From: Lingula anatina
Lineage: Eukaryota > Animalia > Brachiopoda
DNA length: 64,000 nt
Assembly: GCA_051362555.1 (NCBI GenBank)
Contig: CM120640.1
Location: 35,979,967 to 36,043,966 of the forward strand
Direction: 5' to 3'
The notes beneath the pieces are model-generated. The model did not search any database, was not told the origin of the DNA, and was given only the letters and a program-made list of their open reading frames with translations. The translations under genes were made by a program, and so were the position numbers. Shown in pieces: positions 17,301 through 32,017 of this stretch; the stretch's first letter is position 1, and each line of letters begins with the position of its first letter.

Positions 17301-20300
17301 ACATTTACTGGCCCAGCATGTATCAATTTCCCCTGAGGCATGGGCTTATTATTGTCTTTAGCTATTCTTTCTATAATGGCATAGGCAACATCATGCCGAC
17401 CATTGGTCATTTCATATCTTGCACTCTCTGGAAGCCACTGAAATATAATTTTTTTTTAAATTTGACAACGGACAATTTTCTTCTATTTCATCTTATTTTA
17501 ATGTGACTTATCATCATATTCTTACTTTTATATGGCCACCACTTTAAGTCAAGTAAAACATTAATGTGACAAAAATTATGACAAGATGTGAATAAATAAC
17601 AAAATTTTGCATTTGTGTAAATATTCTTGCTTAATGTATTTGCTTACCAAACATGCTAATATGAAAATTAACACAGGCACAGAAGAAAGTCCAAGCAGCC
17701 ATCTCCAACCCAATGTAGGCATCACAATTACAGCCAAAGCAACCTCTATACAGGTCCCAGCTGCCCAAAACATCTATAAATGTGTAGTAAAACAATGTTG
17801 AGATAAGGAGTTGCTTTTGGTATAACTCTGTTTCATGTTTTCACTTAAATGTTGTATGCATATTAAAAAGATTGCTTTAATGCATTTCCAGTGCCTTCTC
17901 ACCTACCGCACTACTTTCACAGCACAGCACAATGCTCTCCTTTCACTCAAAACACCATGTACCTCCTTGTACAAAACCACACACAGCACAATTGTCCCTC
18001 CTGACACAATTCCAAACAAACCACTTTATCTCTCTTAGCGCAATATCACATATAATACTTTATCTCTTCTGGCACAGCATCACAAAATAATATTAAGTTA
18101 AAATAAAACATCGTCCCTCCCAGCATAGCATAATAGGATAACATACCTCAAAAAGCACTAAACCCTTGGCCCTGAATGTGGATGGGAGGAATTCTGAATA
18201 CAGAGTGACACTGGAACATATCAAGTCAATATGTACAAAATACAAATCTTTGAAAGTAATATTATTATGAATTTTATTATGAATATTATTGCAAAAATTA
18301 CATGTATACATTGAAATTTCCAACAATTTTACCTTAAACACATGGCAGGAACCCTTAGCATACAAATCTCCACAAGGAAACTATTGTATATAAATTCATT
18401 TTAAGAAGCAAAAATGTTTGGAGAGGGTAACACTCTAAAGTTTTATCCATTATGAGTACCTGTAATGACATATTTGACAAAGTTGAGCCATGTACCTGTG
18501 TTTATAGGCTTCAAAGGCCCATATTGTATGGAATTTTCTTCAATCATCAATCAAAAACTACACTTCAGCCTGAACTACCAATTTGAGTTTATTGATGACA
18601 GTTAGAAATAATCAAAAAATATTCAGTGATACACTTACGCTTGTGGAGCTCCTCCAATTCCAAACCCCACCAGTCCTCTTAATATCCATATCCATATAAG
18701 GCTAGGGGAGAAGGTACTCAGTAGCCCATAATGGAATACAAACATGGAACTTGTAATCAAGGTCTGAAAAAAGATCATGATTTGGTACTTATCTAGATGT
18801 TGATTGAAGGACAAGTAAGAGAAAATAAGAAAGCTAACACTTTATAAACATCCCAAATTAGTTTTTCTAAAATCTTTAGGGGTTATGTGCAGAAAAACTT
18901 GGATTATCTGCTTATGCAAGCCACATGGGCGTTTTTCTTGAGAACTGCTTCACAGACAGATCCAATGTGCCCAATTCACTGCCAAACCCCTGTGTATGTT
19001 GCTGAATTTTTGCAACTATGTTGCAGCTTGTAACTCGAATCTCCCTTCTTGTCGTAAAAATTTAGTTGAGTAAAATCTGTCACCTATGACATTTTTAACC
19101 TTTTTCCTGCTGCCGCTGAAAGTGTGTACGTGTCAATTAACTTCAAGGAAAATTCTACAGTTGACTTCTGGGATACATTCCAACAATCCTGTGTTTCTCC
19201 AAAACATGATAGGGTCAGTAAAATAAGATTTCTCCCAAAAATTATGAATGTAAGAGTTATGAATCCCTGAAAGCAAAGAATAAAATTTATTATATTTGAA
19301 CCTTTCTTACCGTTTTTCTTCCATATTTATCACACATTGATCCCCACATCCAAGAGCTGATTGACATACCAATAAAAACAACCTGGGTGGCAAGAGTTTT
19401 AAAATTAGATATATAGAAATATATTTGCCCACTTTTGAAACAAAACTAATATTGCTGTCAGTTTTCATAAAATGCCTTAACCCCCCAAAAATATTAGACA
19501 AGGTTATACTTATTCATTTGTTATAAACATTTTTTTTATTTGAAAAGGTATTGTGTTAAAGAAATATATTAGACAATGTTATACTTATTCATTTGTTACA
19601 AACATTTTTTTAATTTGAAAAGGTATTGTCTTAATTTTTTCGTTTTGTATAACTTACAGTGGTGATGAGGGCCTCTTCCCATGTTTGCAGATTCCATTCA
19701 CAGCGCAATGCGGGGCCCAGTACGCTGAGTAACATCATCTCCATGGCATCACAAACCTGACAAGACATTGAAATTTAACCCCATTCAATAATGACAAATG
19801 TATCTGATGGCAAATTTATTTTGTAACTTAAGACAATCTATGTGGTGATTGCAGTGCCTTAAAGAAATGCTGAAATTATTATTTGTGCCAGGTTAAGATT
19901 GGACACTTTATGCACATTTTAAGATTTTTTTTTCTTTTTTTTTTGGCACATACGTTGAACATGGGGGAAACTTTGTTTTATATCTGAGGAACATTCTATG
20001 ACCTGAATTTTTAACTTTGTGCACTCTCATGACAATGAAAGTTTGTTTACGTAAAGATAAAAGATAATTATAATGATAAAATTAATTTCTAAAAAATATT
20101 TACCCATGCTAAACCTGCAACGAAAAATAACTTGACTTGAAATTTGCCAAATCCAATAGCATCCACTGCCTGTTCAACTGTGAATGTTTCTGAAATAATT
20201 CAGTATTGGAATTTATTCAAAGTTAATAATTCATTGACTCTCACTGTTAAAATAGCATTAAATAAAATATGCAAATTTGTAATCACTACATTTACTGTGC

Positions 20301-20372
20301 ATATATAAAATCCACACTTATACATCTATTTTTATGTAACAAATTTTATTCTATTAATTTCATGCAGGCAGG

Positions 20373-20438
<66 letters not shown>

Positions 20439-21320
20439 CTGTATGTGTGACTGGATATTAAACATGGTAAATATTTTACGCTATTCTGCAGTGCATGGAA
20501 AGGTACATTTTCATTACTGCACAGAAGGCTATTATACACTCAGTCTGGTAAATTAATATATATACTGGTACACATTCAGACGATAAATTAAATTTGGTAC
20601 TGTGGTGCCAAGGAAAATTCACTTACTTGTGTAAACTCATGGTTTACCATCATGAATGAATTGCAAGGAGATTTGTAAAGTCTCATATAAGTTTGGCAAC
20701 AGATATCTATGTGTTTGTCCTTCATGTCTTTCATAAAATTCATACTATTTGTGATGGAGGAGATGTATGCATTAAATGCAAAAAGTTCTTCATGGTGGCT
20801 TGGACATAATAATGTCCATGATGTTTGTCAGGAAATGAATGACATAACATGTCAGAGGTTTATTCCATATCATGTAATATATTTTTGCATCCAAGCTTTT
20901 ACACTCAAACTTACTTTTGTATAAGATGTAATGCCTACAGTAACTTAAGTTAAACTGAGAAAATATTCAAACCTTCATCAAGTCTAAACTAACCACTGGC
21001 TTATAATATGTAGCAGTTACTGTTATGTCAAACAACTCAATGCCAGCCATATAAATTGTTCCCAAAATTATGACAGCTTTATCAAAAACATTCCAAGGTT
21101 AATATCCTAATAGCAAACTCAGTCTATTACCTGGCTGTAATTCCTGTGTGTCTTTAGTTCCTTCCGCTTTGGGGGTGAATGTTTCCAAACAAACATCTTC
21201 CTGGGAGTTTGGTGTCTTGTCCCCCTGTGCAGTGTGTCCCTGTCCATTACTATCTCCATCAATATTGTCATATTCCTTATGCTTGATCTTAGCAAGTCTA
21301 TTTCTCAAAGAATTGAACAT
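14383..21320 (-). CDS. SVOP: Synaptic vesicle 2-related protein (SVOP-like MFS transporter), copy 1, 16 coding exons, apparently intact
   Basis: Spliced exons read [93 protein letters not shown] and a final exon DTH* (14394-14383). No stops or frameshifts seen. Confidence 0.9.
14555..14915. mobile_element. Penelope-like inverted terminal-repeat relic carrying two minimal hammerhead ribozyme motifs
   Basis: ~88-bp inverted arms (14555-14641 and 14827-14915). Each holds CTGANGA - stem II (G[G/A]CCTT/AAGGTC) - [G/A]AAAC. Confidence 0.65.
14597..14641 (-). ncRNA. Degenerate type I minimal hammerhead ribozyme motif
   Basis: Minus strand reads GTTCAT CTGAAGA A GGCCTT gtgat AAGGTC GAAAC ATC ATGATC. 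Stem I is GTTCAT/ATGATC, the core is intact, and the cleavage triplet is ATC where GTC is expected. Confidence 0.6.
19491..19634. repeat. Local tandem duplication (~75 bp x2)
   Basis: ATATTAGACAA(G/T)GTTATACTTATTCATTTGTTA...TTTGAAAAGGTATTGT repeated twice. Confidence 0.85.
20374..20435. repeat. (TA)n microsatellite
   Basis: Perfect TA run. Confidence 0.95.
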
Positions 21321-22823
21321 TTGTCACCTGTGTGATTGCTTCCTGACCATAAGTGCATCCGTGACTTTTAGGGATATATTTGTTGTTGCCCACATATAAA
21401 GTGGAGTATATAATATTCAGCTTTGTTTTCACTGTGGTTTGTATTATATAGGTCACATGTGCTGGTATAGACACATTATGCTGACTATTAGGCTATTACC
21501 AAGCATCACTTCCTAAATCAGATAGCGACCTTAATTATGAGGGTCCCATTGAGTATCGTCATGGCCTGTGAAAGGCACTTTTTATTTCCCCAGGATGTGT
21601 GAAATGTTCATATTATTTAGTGTGATCCATGTAGAGCCCCATGCCCATGATTTGTGAATGCACCTTTTTATTTTTCGTCATTTGTAAAACAAAGTCATTA
21701 TACTTGGTGATTTGTGATTTTCAACTCATATTTCCTGCACTTTTAATTCAACATACATTTTTTTCAGTTTTATTTCCTGAGATTTGTGAATTGATGATTT
21801 TCTTTCCCCTGAGCTCTATCCCCCAGTGGAACCCTCACCTCATATTTCATGGGTGCACCTGACCACTTTGATTAGTTTGGTCATGGGTCAGTGCTCACAA
21901 GGCATGTGCTATGTCCTTTTGATGGCCATGCAGAGATAATATTAGTGTGTAGATATCATTTTGACAATTAATAATAAAGAGTTTTGTATATTAGTATGTG
22001 TGTATGCCATTTTTCAAACATTAAAATAGACAATATAAAGGACATTGAAGGTTTTTAATCTTGTCATTTTCTCTTATTAAAACTTTGCTAAATGTGAAAA
22101 TACAGAAATGTGACATCATGTTAAAGCATGAGATATGGCACTGAACTTTGCCTTAGCTAAACCCCATTGAAAAGCATCTTTAAATTAATACTACTTGAAT
22201 GATCCAAAATCAAAATGCAATTTTATTGGAGGTTTTCACATCAATGAAATGCTGTGATGGCGTCTTTTAAGTAGTGAAGTTTTTAAAATAAATTAACTGT
22301 GTTTACTAAAGTCTTATTTTGATATCATGTTCACAGGCCACAATATTACACATTCAGCATAATCCTGCACAAATATTACATAAGTACATTTTGTAAACTT
22401 TATAACCATTTATTATTTCTTCAACAACCATCTAGGTAACAATTAACCTTACGTGTCAATACACAACACAAAAATTGCTGCTCACAATTATATCCATTTA
22501 TCTATAACATCAAACACTGTACAATAAATATATATATCTATAGTAACATAAAAAGTAATAAATAAATGCTAAAATTCAAAAGTCTGTAGAGTAATCTCTT
22601 GGATTGGTTTGTTCTTCATAATGGCATGGAATGTAGTTCTTTCAACATTTTCTAGATAAATTGTGCCAGTAAAAACAGAGATGTTTTGTACCTGAACGGC
22701 AATTGTGATTATCACAGTAGTTCCCCATTAGCTATCAGTATGACAAGTATGCAATGATCACCCAAGTCGTGAACAATAGTCTATTGGCAGTCTAACATTC
22801 TATTGCCTATTATTTCATGCAGC

Positions 22824-22856
<33 letters not shown>

Positions 22857-24852
22857 ATGTGCATGCATGCACACATCGGGTCAACCTTGCATCGGTTGTG
22901 TTCTCTCTACTTCTAAAATACTTTGTTTAAATTAAAATTCTGACATTGGTATACATTGTAAATATACGCTAACATTTTTACAATACATAATATTGATTCT
23001 TGTGAGAAATGCGTCTTTCTATCTTAAGGTGAGTTTTATGCTTGATCTTTTATTTGAAAATATATAATTAAAACACAACCAAAAATGTTAATTTTATCAT
23101 AACTAAAACATACCATGTTATCCTTCAAACAAAACATAGTTAAAACCCTTAAAATGAGCTATAAAAAATAATATCAATAAAGGTGGATAAAACAAAATAT
23201 TTCAGCTAGAAAAGCATTTAACTTAAATATCACTTGTTTATTATGAAATAAATAAAATTATATAAAAGCAAATTATAACTGCCCAAAACCAGTGTATAAG
23301 AGGCTGATACTATATTCGAAGACTGCCTTGTTTATTATGCAAAAAAGATGCTTGTCAATTCAGTTTATTCTAACAAGTGAATGATTTATGCTCTCTGATA
23401 TGCCTATCTTCTTTTGAGAAGAAAACTATTTATCTTCATTCTCTGGTTCAAAAGATTTTCTCAATACCTTACCAATAAAACATTATATAATTAAATCTTG
23501 GTGCACCATGGTGTCATTTAATGCAAATCCATGTAAAATGTCATCTTTCAAGAAAAAATTTAACAGAGCGAACATAAAGTTTGCACTCCATTGTACTTTT
23601 AGATGAAAATAAACAAAAGCTTGGCTTCTTTGATATATACTAGCTTATTAAATTCAAGCTACCATGCAGTCACCGTGATAGCCTGTCCATACCCAACATC
23701 AAAACTTTGGAAAAGGACCAATATTCAAAAGGCAGCAAAAGGTTTTGCATCATGTTATAGATATAATGACCCCATTTTCTTTTAATGGTGTGATCGGGAA
23801 AAAATGACAAAGAATTATAAGTTAAAAATATTTAGTGGTTTTGAGTACAGATAACAACATACAACCATTTCTACTGAAAAACTTCTAAATAAACACTTTA
23901 ACTATTTCCCTTTTTTTTTGGGGGGGGGGGGGGGCACGGCACAGGGCATACATATTCAATATCAACCGATCAGAGATGAAAGTGGACCTATTCAAAACAG
24001 ATCTTGAAAATGCAAGCGCTGAAGGCATACAGCTATATATTCCTGCTATATTGGAGTTGGGGGGGATTTTTCATGATTTTTTTAAACATACAACCTATAT
24101 CTGGATTTCCGGATAAATCCAGTACACTTTCATCTCTGATCTTTAGCCCAGCTCAGAACAAGTCTTTACTCTTTCATTACCACACAAAAACATCTATATA
24201 ACTAGGCTGCCTTACAGAAAATACCACAGGAGCAAGGAATCCCACCTCTTATAAAATAAACTAGCACATACCATCTACAGGGTGCAGATTTATTTTTTTC
24301 CACAACTTAAGCAAAATTGGCTTGAACAGGTAGGTCCAAATAAATGTTAAGAGAAATAGTAGACCAAAACAGACAAGTGGATCTATCAGTGCCCTCAACA
24401 GAGCAGATATAAGTCACCATTTGAAAGTTACCCAGTGCTTTTAGAATCTGCACCCTGAACCCTGCTGGCAATAATAGAACTGATGTCAAAGGCTGGTGTT
24501 GTTAGTTAAGCCTGCTAAGAATCGTAGCTGAATAAGTTGGATTACGCAAAGAATCTCGTAAGTCGCTTACCACATTAGGCTACTAACTTTTTTAAGTTAA
24601 ATTTTACTCCCAGATGCTCATTTGGTATGTATAGCATATTTCGTATATCCATTTGGGAACCATTTTAGACCACTGTTATTAAGTACACTCCATATACATT
24701 TGGTTATTATTATTTAGCATTCGTAGTTTAAGACTAAAAACTTGGTTATGTTGGGAAACATGTCGCTGATCCATAATGTCCCTTTCTTTTCAATGATGAC
24801 TGCTGACATGGTGAGGTTCTACCTCCTGAGAGTCAGGATGGCAAGATGTTAG

Positions 24853-27800
24853 CTAATGGACAACTGGAGGCAGAACATCAACTGTGGTATCTACATGAGA
24901 TTCCTGAAATACAAATGCAAAATATAAATGCGCTATTAACAAGAAAATATGCTAATACATCTTTGCTATAAATAACACGGTAACCATGTTAGTCAAGTAA
25001 AGGGTGACACCCAGTACACGACTAACATGTTTATGGTCTCTGCACACAGAAAGCAGAGGTCAATGACCTGACAAAAGCTGAATAATAATGAGTTATGCTA
25101 AGACTTGCCTATTTTTTTTTCAATTCAACCTTGCAAAGACACCACAATGAAGATTATACTTCACACCTTAACATGGCAATTCTTACTCAAAATACTCATC
25201 AACTATAAACATATCACCTGACAGTTTAAGACATGTTTACCCCCTTTAATTAGCCATACTTCAATAACATGCCATTTTAAAGTTCTGTAATTAAAGATAA
25301 TTTCATAGTACTTCTGTCAAAATTGTGGAAGTAAATCCAATGACCCCAAAGTGGAGTTGGCTCAAAAAGGAGTGGGCAAATGTTACTGGCAACCAAAATG
25401 TAGATGCTTGAGTGCTTGTTGTTTATAAATAAAGTAATGCTTACTAACGTATGGTACAAGATTTGGACTAAGGTTTGGGGATTCATGGTACCATAAGTAT
25501 TAAATTTATTTGTTAAAACATATCAGGGGCACCCTGAGCTTCAGAGATAACTTGACACTAACCTCTTCACTATAGCCTATCTTCATCATGTCAAGTTACC
25601 TCTGACCACATTCGATTGCCCCCGCCGCCCACCAATCAAATTTAAAGCCCGCACTCAATGACTCATTGAACGATCTAGCCAATGAACGCGAACGTTTGTT
25701 CAAATCCGGACCAATCAAAGATAAGACTGAATATCAGCCGTAACTGTGGGCAGCACGCAAAATACACATCCCTCAGTAGATAATGATGCAGGGCCTCAAA
25801 CTGCTCTGGTTTCAATTCCGATATACTCATATTTTGCAAAGAATCAAGAGAAAACTTAACACATTATTTTACGTAGTCACTCGTAAGAGACGCCATGCTT
25901 TCTTTGTGTACTGTTATGCACTCAGAACTACTCGGATGTCTCCGTACTTGACAATAACTTTGTTGTTAGCATGGAGCTTGTGGAATCAGCCGAGGATTGC
26001 CGATTGATGGTCAACCAATCAGCGTTTTCACCAAACTTTGGTGAAAAATTTTGAAACTTGGATTCGATTGGCTTATATAAACTAGGTCAAACTATTTTCG
26101 TCAGAGGTAACTTGACACGAGGAAGATAGGCTATAGTGAAGAGGTTAGTGTCAAGTTATCTCTGAAGCTCAGGGTGATCAGGGGCGGATCCAGAGATATT
26201 TTCTGACAGGCTTACAAATTATTTTTATTGATCCATCATCCATTTCTGACAGTCTTCCGACAGAAAAAATTAGATACTCGTCAATGTAAACTTGAAAACC
26301 TGACCGTCTTCCCGGAGACCCAGAAGACAGCCTAAATCATACCTGATGTACAATGTATATAAAATGTGGGTGTGCAGAACTCAACTAAGGGAAATGCAAC
26401 CAAGATATTCTAATCTACTCCACATTTTATATGCGGAACATCAAAGGGAAACAAAAATGTGACTTTTACTAGACTTAGTAGATGAAACCAAAGTAATGTC
26501 CTTACCTTCATTTCTCTTCCTTTTGTTTCTATGGGTAAAAGAAAGGAGGCTATTGCTGCTGCTATACACACTCCCCCATATATAGACGCAGTTAAGTACA
26601 CTGATGTCCGTAATAAAACCTGAAACAAATGAGATCAATAGTCTTTGGTATAGCCTCTGATAATATAGTTCATCTTTATACATGGTCAGCATGTAAAATC
26701 CCACCAACTTGCAAAATAGACACATACACAAAAAAAATATTCTAAAAAGTGAGAAGCCCAAATAGTACACAAAACACATGTAAACATAATTCAAATTTTA
26801 AGTTGTATTTCCCCAAATACAACTTCGTTAATACTTTTTTATACTAAACAAATTAGAATCATTAATTTAGACACATTTTTCTCAGGAGCAGAAAGGTTTT
26901 GATCTTGGAAAACTACATGCTGGATATCAATGAAGTATTTGAAACTTGTGACAAATTACCCATGCAGTCTCTTACATTGAGTGCTATTGCCAGATCCATC
27001 AACCTTCCCCTCTACCAGGGGTCTCTGGTGAATTCCTTAACATTTACTACTGACAGACCTCTGTATTTATTGGGCTTATCAGATAGGAACTAAATTGCAC
27101 ACAATGCAATAAATATTGATCATAGATCCACTATAGAAGAATTTATGATATTATCCCAGTGTGTCCTCTCTAACACTTGCCCTTTGGAAAATCCCAACCG
27201 AATTTCATGTTTTTGTGAACAAAATACTGCATGTGAAACAATTTGAGAGACACATTGGGATATAAATCATATATGTATGCATCAAGACTAATATTGTTCC
27301 TAAAATATTGCAAAATCATTTATTATTTGTAATTACATTATATTTTTGCTCAGAGTTATTACTCTTAAAATTCAGACCATGATTATTTCAAAAATTAATT
27401 AAAAAAAAAAAAGATTTGTCACCATCAGTTATCACAGATACAAACCTTCTAACATAAACCAAGCTCGCTTTTCAAAACACACATTTCGTTTTTTAGTCCT
27501 ACTAAAAACTGTTGCAAAAATTCAAGTGACTGTGCTTCATATTGCGTTCTTAGGCACTACTAACAAAAATTCAAATATAAACAGATTTAATAAATTTTGT
27601 ATGAACTTACTGTAAATTATCATACATGAAGAAATAAGTTATAGAGATTAAACTTGCTCTTACCTGGGCTACGAAGGGAGTAACAATTGCACCAATTCTG
27701 GCCATGGCACTACAGGTGCCCAGCCCTATTGCACGGGTGGTGGTGGGGTACACCTGGGAATAGAAATACTTGTGATGAGGCAAAACTTTACATACTCTAA

Positions 27801-30800
27801 AGATGAGACTGTAAAGAGATAAAATTTTTTTTTAAAGATTTGACAAAATATGAGGCAGTCTCTCTTACCCTAATCATTTGATGGTGATTTTTAAGGGTTT
27901 GTAAAAAATAACTGATGGCCTTTTCAGCTCACAAAAAGAAAAAAATTCCCACTTCTCTTAAAAGTTTAATAAGGAATGCAATACACATTATATATGACTT
28001 ATATTGCTTTCCATCTCCAACTTTTAAAATCTGATATATTTTTTTTATTTTTATACTGAGTCTGTAGAAAATCCATCCCTCTCACCTCTGGAGTATACAC
28101 ATAGCATGCCTGGAAAGCACCTGATATAAATGCTCTTGCCACAAATATGAAAAATATCAGCAAACCCCTGAAAAAGAAATCAACAAATACTTCATAATAA
28201 ATATTGTAAATAATGGGAAAAAGTCAATATTGCACTTTTAATGCAAGTAAAATAGTAAGCAGTAAAAATTTATGTGAGAATACATTTTAGATCTCAAAAC
28301 ATACATACGTGTCTATGTACATACATAAGTACATCAAGGTATATACTTTTCAAATATAAATACCGCAAGAGAAATGTTTCTGCTCACCTTGTTGGGCATG
28401 TGCAGATGAGGAAGGTGAAGAGAGAAAACACTAAAAACTCAAAGCCCATTGTTTTCTTCCTGCCCAGAGGATCAATTATAAACACAGTAAGAATCAAACC
28501 TAGAAAAATAATGTTGTTATCCTTGACAACTGAGAAACAGTGTGGTGACTTATTTTTTAAAGAGACAGGTATAGGTCAATGGGGGGGGGGGGGGGGGGGG
28601 GGGAGATCAACAGAACATGATAAGTCAGTTGTCAAATGTGGCCAACATTCAGCCCTACAGCCATGCTAGACAGAGACTGAGAGTCTCAGTGAGCATCACT
28701 GTGAAATTGCCAAGAGACCCTCAAGTAGATATGCAGATAAAACATGCGAGCAGGTAAATATAAGACCTCTGATCATATATTTAACATTGCTATTGAGAAA
28801 AGAACCCTTATACATGAGAAAGCCATTTGTCATAGAATGTAAAATTCAATTTATACCTTTGTCTTAGCAGATGAAACACTGGAGCAGGTAAATATAAGAT
28901 CTTTTATCATGTATTTCACAATGCTTTTGACAAAAGAACCAATATACATGAGAAAAGCATTCCTCATCAAATGTACCATTCAATTTACACTTTTGTCTTA
29001 AAGTCATATACTTAAATACATATAAAAGTAATGATGTTTAAAATTGCACCAGTTGTGGTTTCCTCATGACACAGGATAATAAGGACGGCCTTTAATGCAT
29101 CCAAATACACCAATTAAGTAGCGATTATGAATAATCAGAACAAATGCTTTGTTATTACCTCATGCTAACTACATAACTATTAGAACATTATATCTACTTC
29201 TGAAGCACAATAATTGAAAATAATGGCCAAGATTTCCTTTTTACCTGGAAACTCTGCTAAGGTTGTCCACAATAGGTCTACATAGTCTTTTGTGGTCAAT
29301 ACTTTACACTCCAAGGAGCAGCTAGGGGCATCTAACTTTCCACTTACTAAATTAATGTGAAAAAGAAATATTCAAAACAATGTAATAAACTTAGTGATTT
29401 GTACTAAAATACTTTTACAACCATAAGGATAACAAACCTTTACTTTATATAAGTATTTTATGTAATTTTTGGTCAAAAATAATAGTTTTTTTTTCATAAA
29501 AAAGTATGGTTGCATATCAATCTCAACCTACTGATACTTTAAACACAGATCTTTCTCATAGTAAATTAAACACAATTTTAATATATAAAGACATGGATAA
29601 ATAATTCATTATAATTAAACAAACCATGGCATGTTTCCCCAGACTCAAACAGCTCAGTGGTCAGTAGAACTATCCCATAGTATGAAAATGCATTGGCAAA
29701 CCTAAAAAATGGAGAAAGGTAAAAGAAAACGTTGGATGATCAAAAGAAATGCTGACAAAAATCTAACATATACATTACTTATGGATTAATTTGATATAAT
29801 TTTAAATGATTAACCACACCTCATACTGACTGTTGACATTTTGGTATTGTTAATCTATATACAAAAAACTGCAGCTTGCACAACAACTATCTACCATATT
29901 ATCCAAAGCATAAAAGTTGTAACTCTCATTTCTGGGGTAAAAAGGTCCTTAAGCCTTCCTCTTTTTGCTTTCTGAAAATGAAAAGTTGCACTGTTGATAG
30001 ATTTGTCTTTTTTTTGCTTATGTTTGCCTTCCCATCTGTACTTTTAATAAATGTTACACTTGCATATGTGACTGACATTCAATTATCAATTTAAAGCAGA
30101 TTCAATAATACCTACAACAAAATTATTCCTTGAGCCATTAAACTAACCCAAACATGACTTTGAGACATAACATTTAGCTTTAAAAATTTACAAATTAAGT
30201 CCAGTATTTGACTTTATTGTGAAATGGAGCTCTCAGCAATGATATAGCTTACAATCTGTGTTGGGTCCACACTACTGGGTCCAGAATGAACCAACTTTCC
30301 CAGAGGCATCGGCTTATTATTATCCTTGGCTATCCTCTGAAGTGTAGCCAAGGCTTTATCTGAGCGACCTCTGGCCATATCAAACCGTGCACTCTCTGGT
30401 AGCCACTGAAATAATTATGTTAAGTTTACTGAAATCATAGCAACCAAAAGGTTTAAGTTATACAAACAAGCAGATGAAGATAAAACTTTCAAATACATAT
30501 ATATCCATAAAATATGTAATAAATAACTGATTGACATAAAGGCAATCTTGGAGGATCTTATTACTTCTTAAATATATGCTAGTAGCTATAGACTTAATTC
30601 CTTTGGTAGAGTGCATTATTGAAACCTGAAATTTATTTGCCTTACCACGCATGCTAATGTAAATATGAGCAGTGGCATGGCAGAGAATCCAAGGAGCCAT
30701 CTCCATCCCAAGTTTGGCATCACTATTAGAGCCAATAAGACCTCAAAACAGGTACCTATGGCCCAAAATATCTAATTAAAAAAAAAAAAAAAAAAATTCA

Positions 30801-31978
30801 GGATATGAAAACTTCTCTCATGAGCACATGTTAAAACACAATGCAATACTGATATAAAAGAGTTAAATACACTCTGCAATTTAAAAATTAAATTAATTCA
30901 GTTTGAAACACATAGTTTCAGTTCTATAGAAGAGATACCAGGATTCATTAATTTCTTTTCAATTTTACCGAAAACATTTAACCACTGTTAGTTTAATCAC
31001 TGTCAGCTTACTTTGCAATGACCTTAAGGTAGATCGGTCGTTACGTAATTTGACGATTTGCGCAATTTCAGCGCATCGTCAATCGTCTCTAACGACACTT
31101 CAGTCTGTTTTATCAATTTCGGGAAATAAAGCAATTAACTATAAGATAAACACACATTATCAACTTGTATGTAACTCTGTATGATCGATACAGATTTTCG
31201 ACAACGTTAGTCGACTAGGATTCCATACGACAACTGTAGCACGTTCATAGACTTGCCCTTCAAGAAATCGTCGGAATAGCTCCTTTTCCAATTTGAATTG
31301 GCACTAGAAAATGTATGACAGCTAAAGCTCACAAATTATGCACGTAGGTGCTATATCATGTAAAGAATAATTGTTGTAAATTCCGGGCTAAGCGGCTGCG
31401 TACATTTTGAGGTAGAACGCCCTGAATGTGCTGCATACCGTAGCTTGGAGTTCGACGAAGTGCGTCGTAACGCCACTCATTTGGACTTAGAGAAATCTGG
31501 ACTGAGAAATATTTCGTAGCTTATACAAATGTTCAGAAAATGGCCATACAGCTTGAAGAAAATTCACTAATCAAAATTGAAACTGCGTTATATTATACAG
31601 AAAAATTGTGCACTTCTGACCTTCACTTGTGTAAACAAAGTGTACTGAACGCACCGCAAGCAAGCACGTGAATGCCGCATTTGATACTTTGTATCAGACG
31701 CTTCTTTTTACTTGACAACACAGTGTACGATGTCACGTTCATGTCCTATTCATTATAAATAACAACAGCAATAAACTATTTTCATATGTATGAGTATTTC
31801 CCTTATTACTCTCTTCAATAATTTTGTTGGAAAGTTAATGGCTTAGGCCTACACCTCATCAGTATGACAAATCTGAAAATAGCTGAATATACTCACTTCA
31901 ACTGTTAAGCATAATCATAGAAGTAGAGTCTCTACTTCTATGACATAATGAACGTTTTAAATGTACTTAGATGTATCT

Positions 31979-32017
<39 letters not shown>

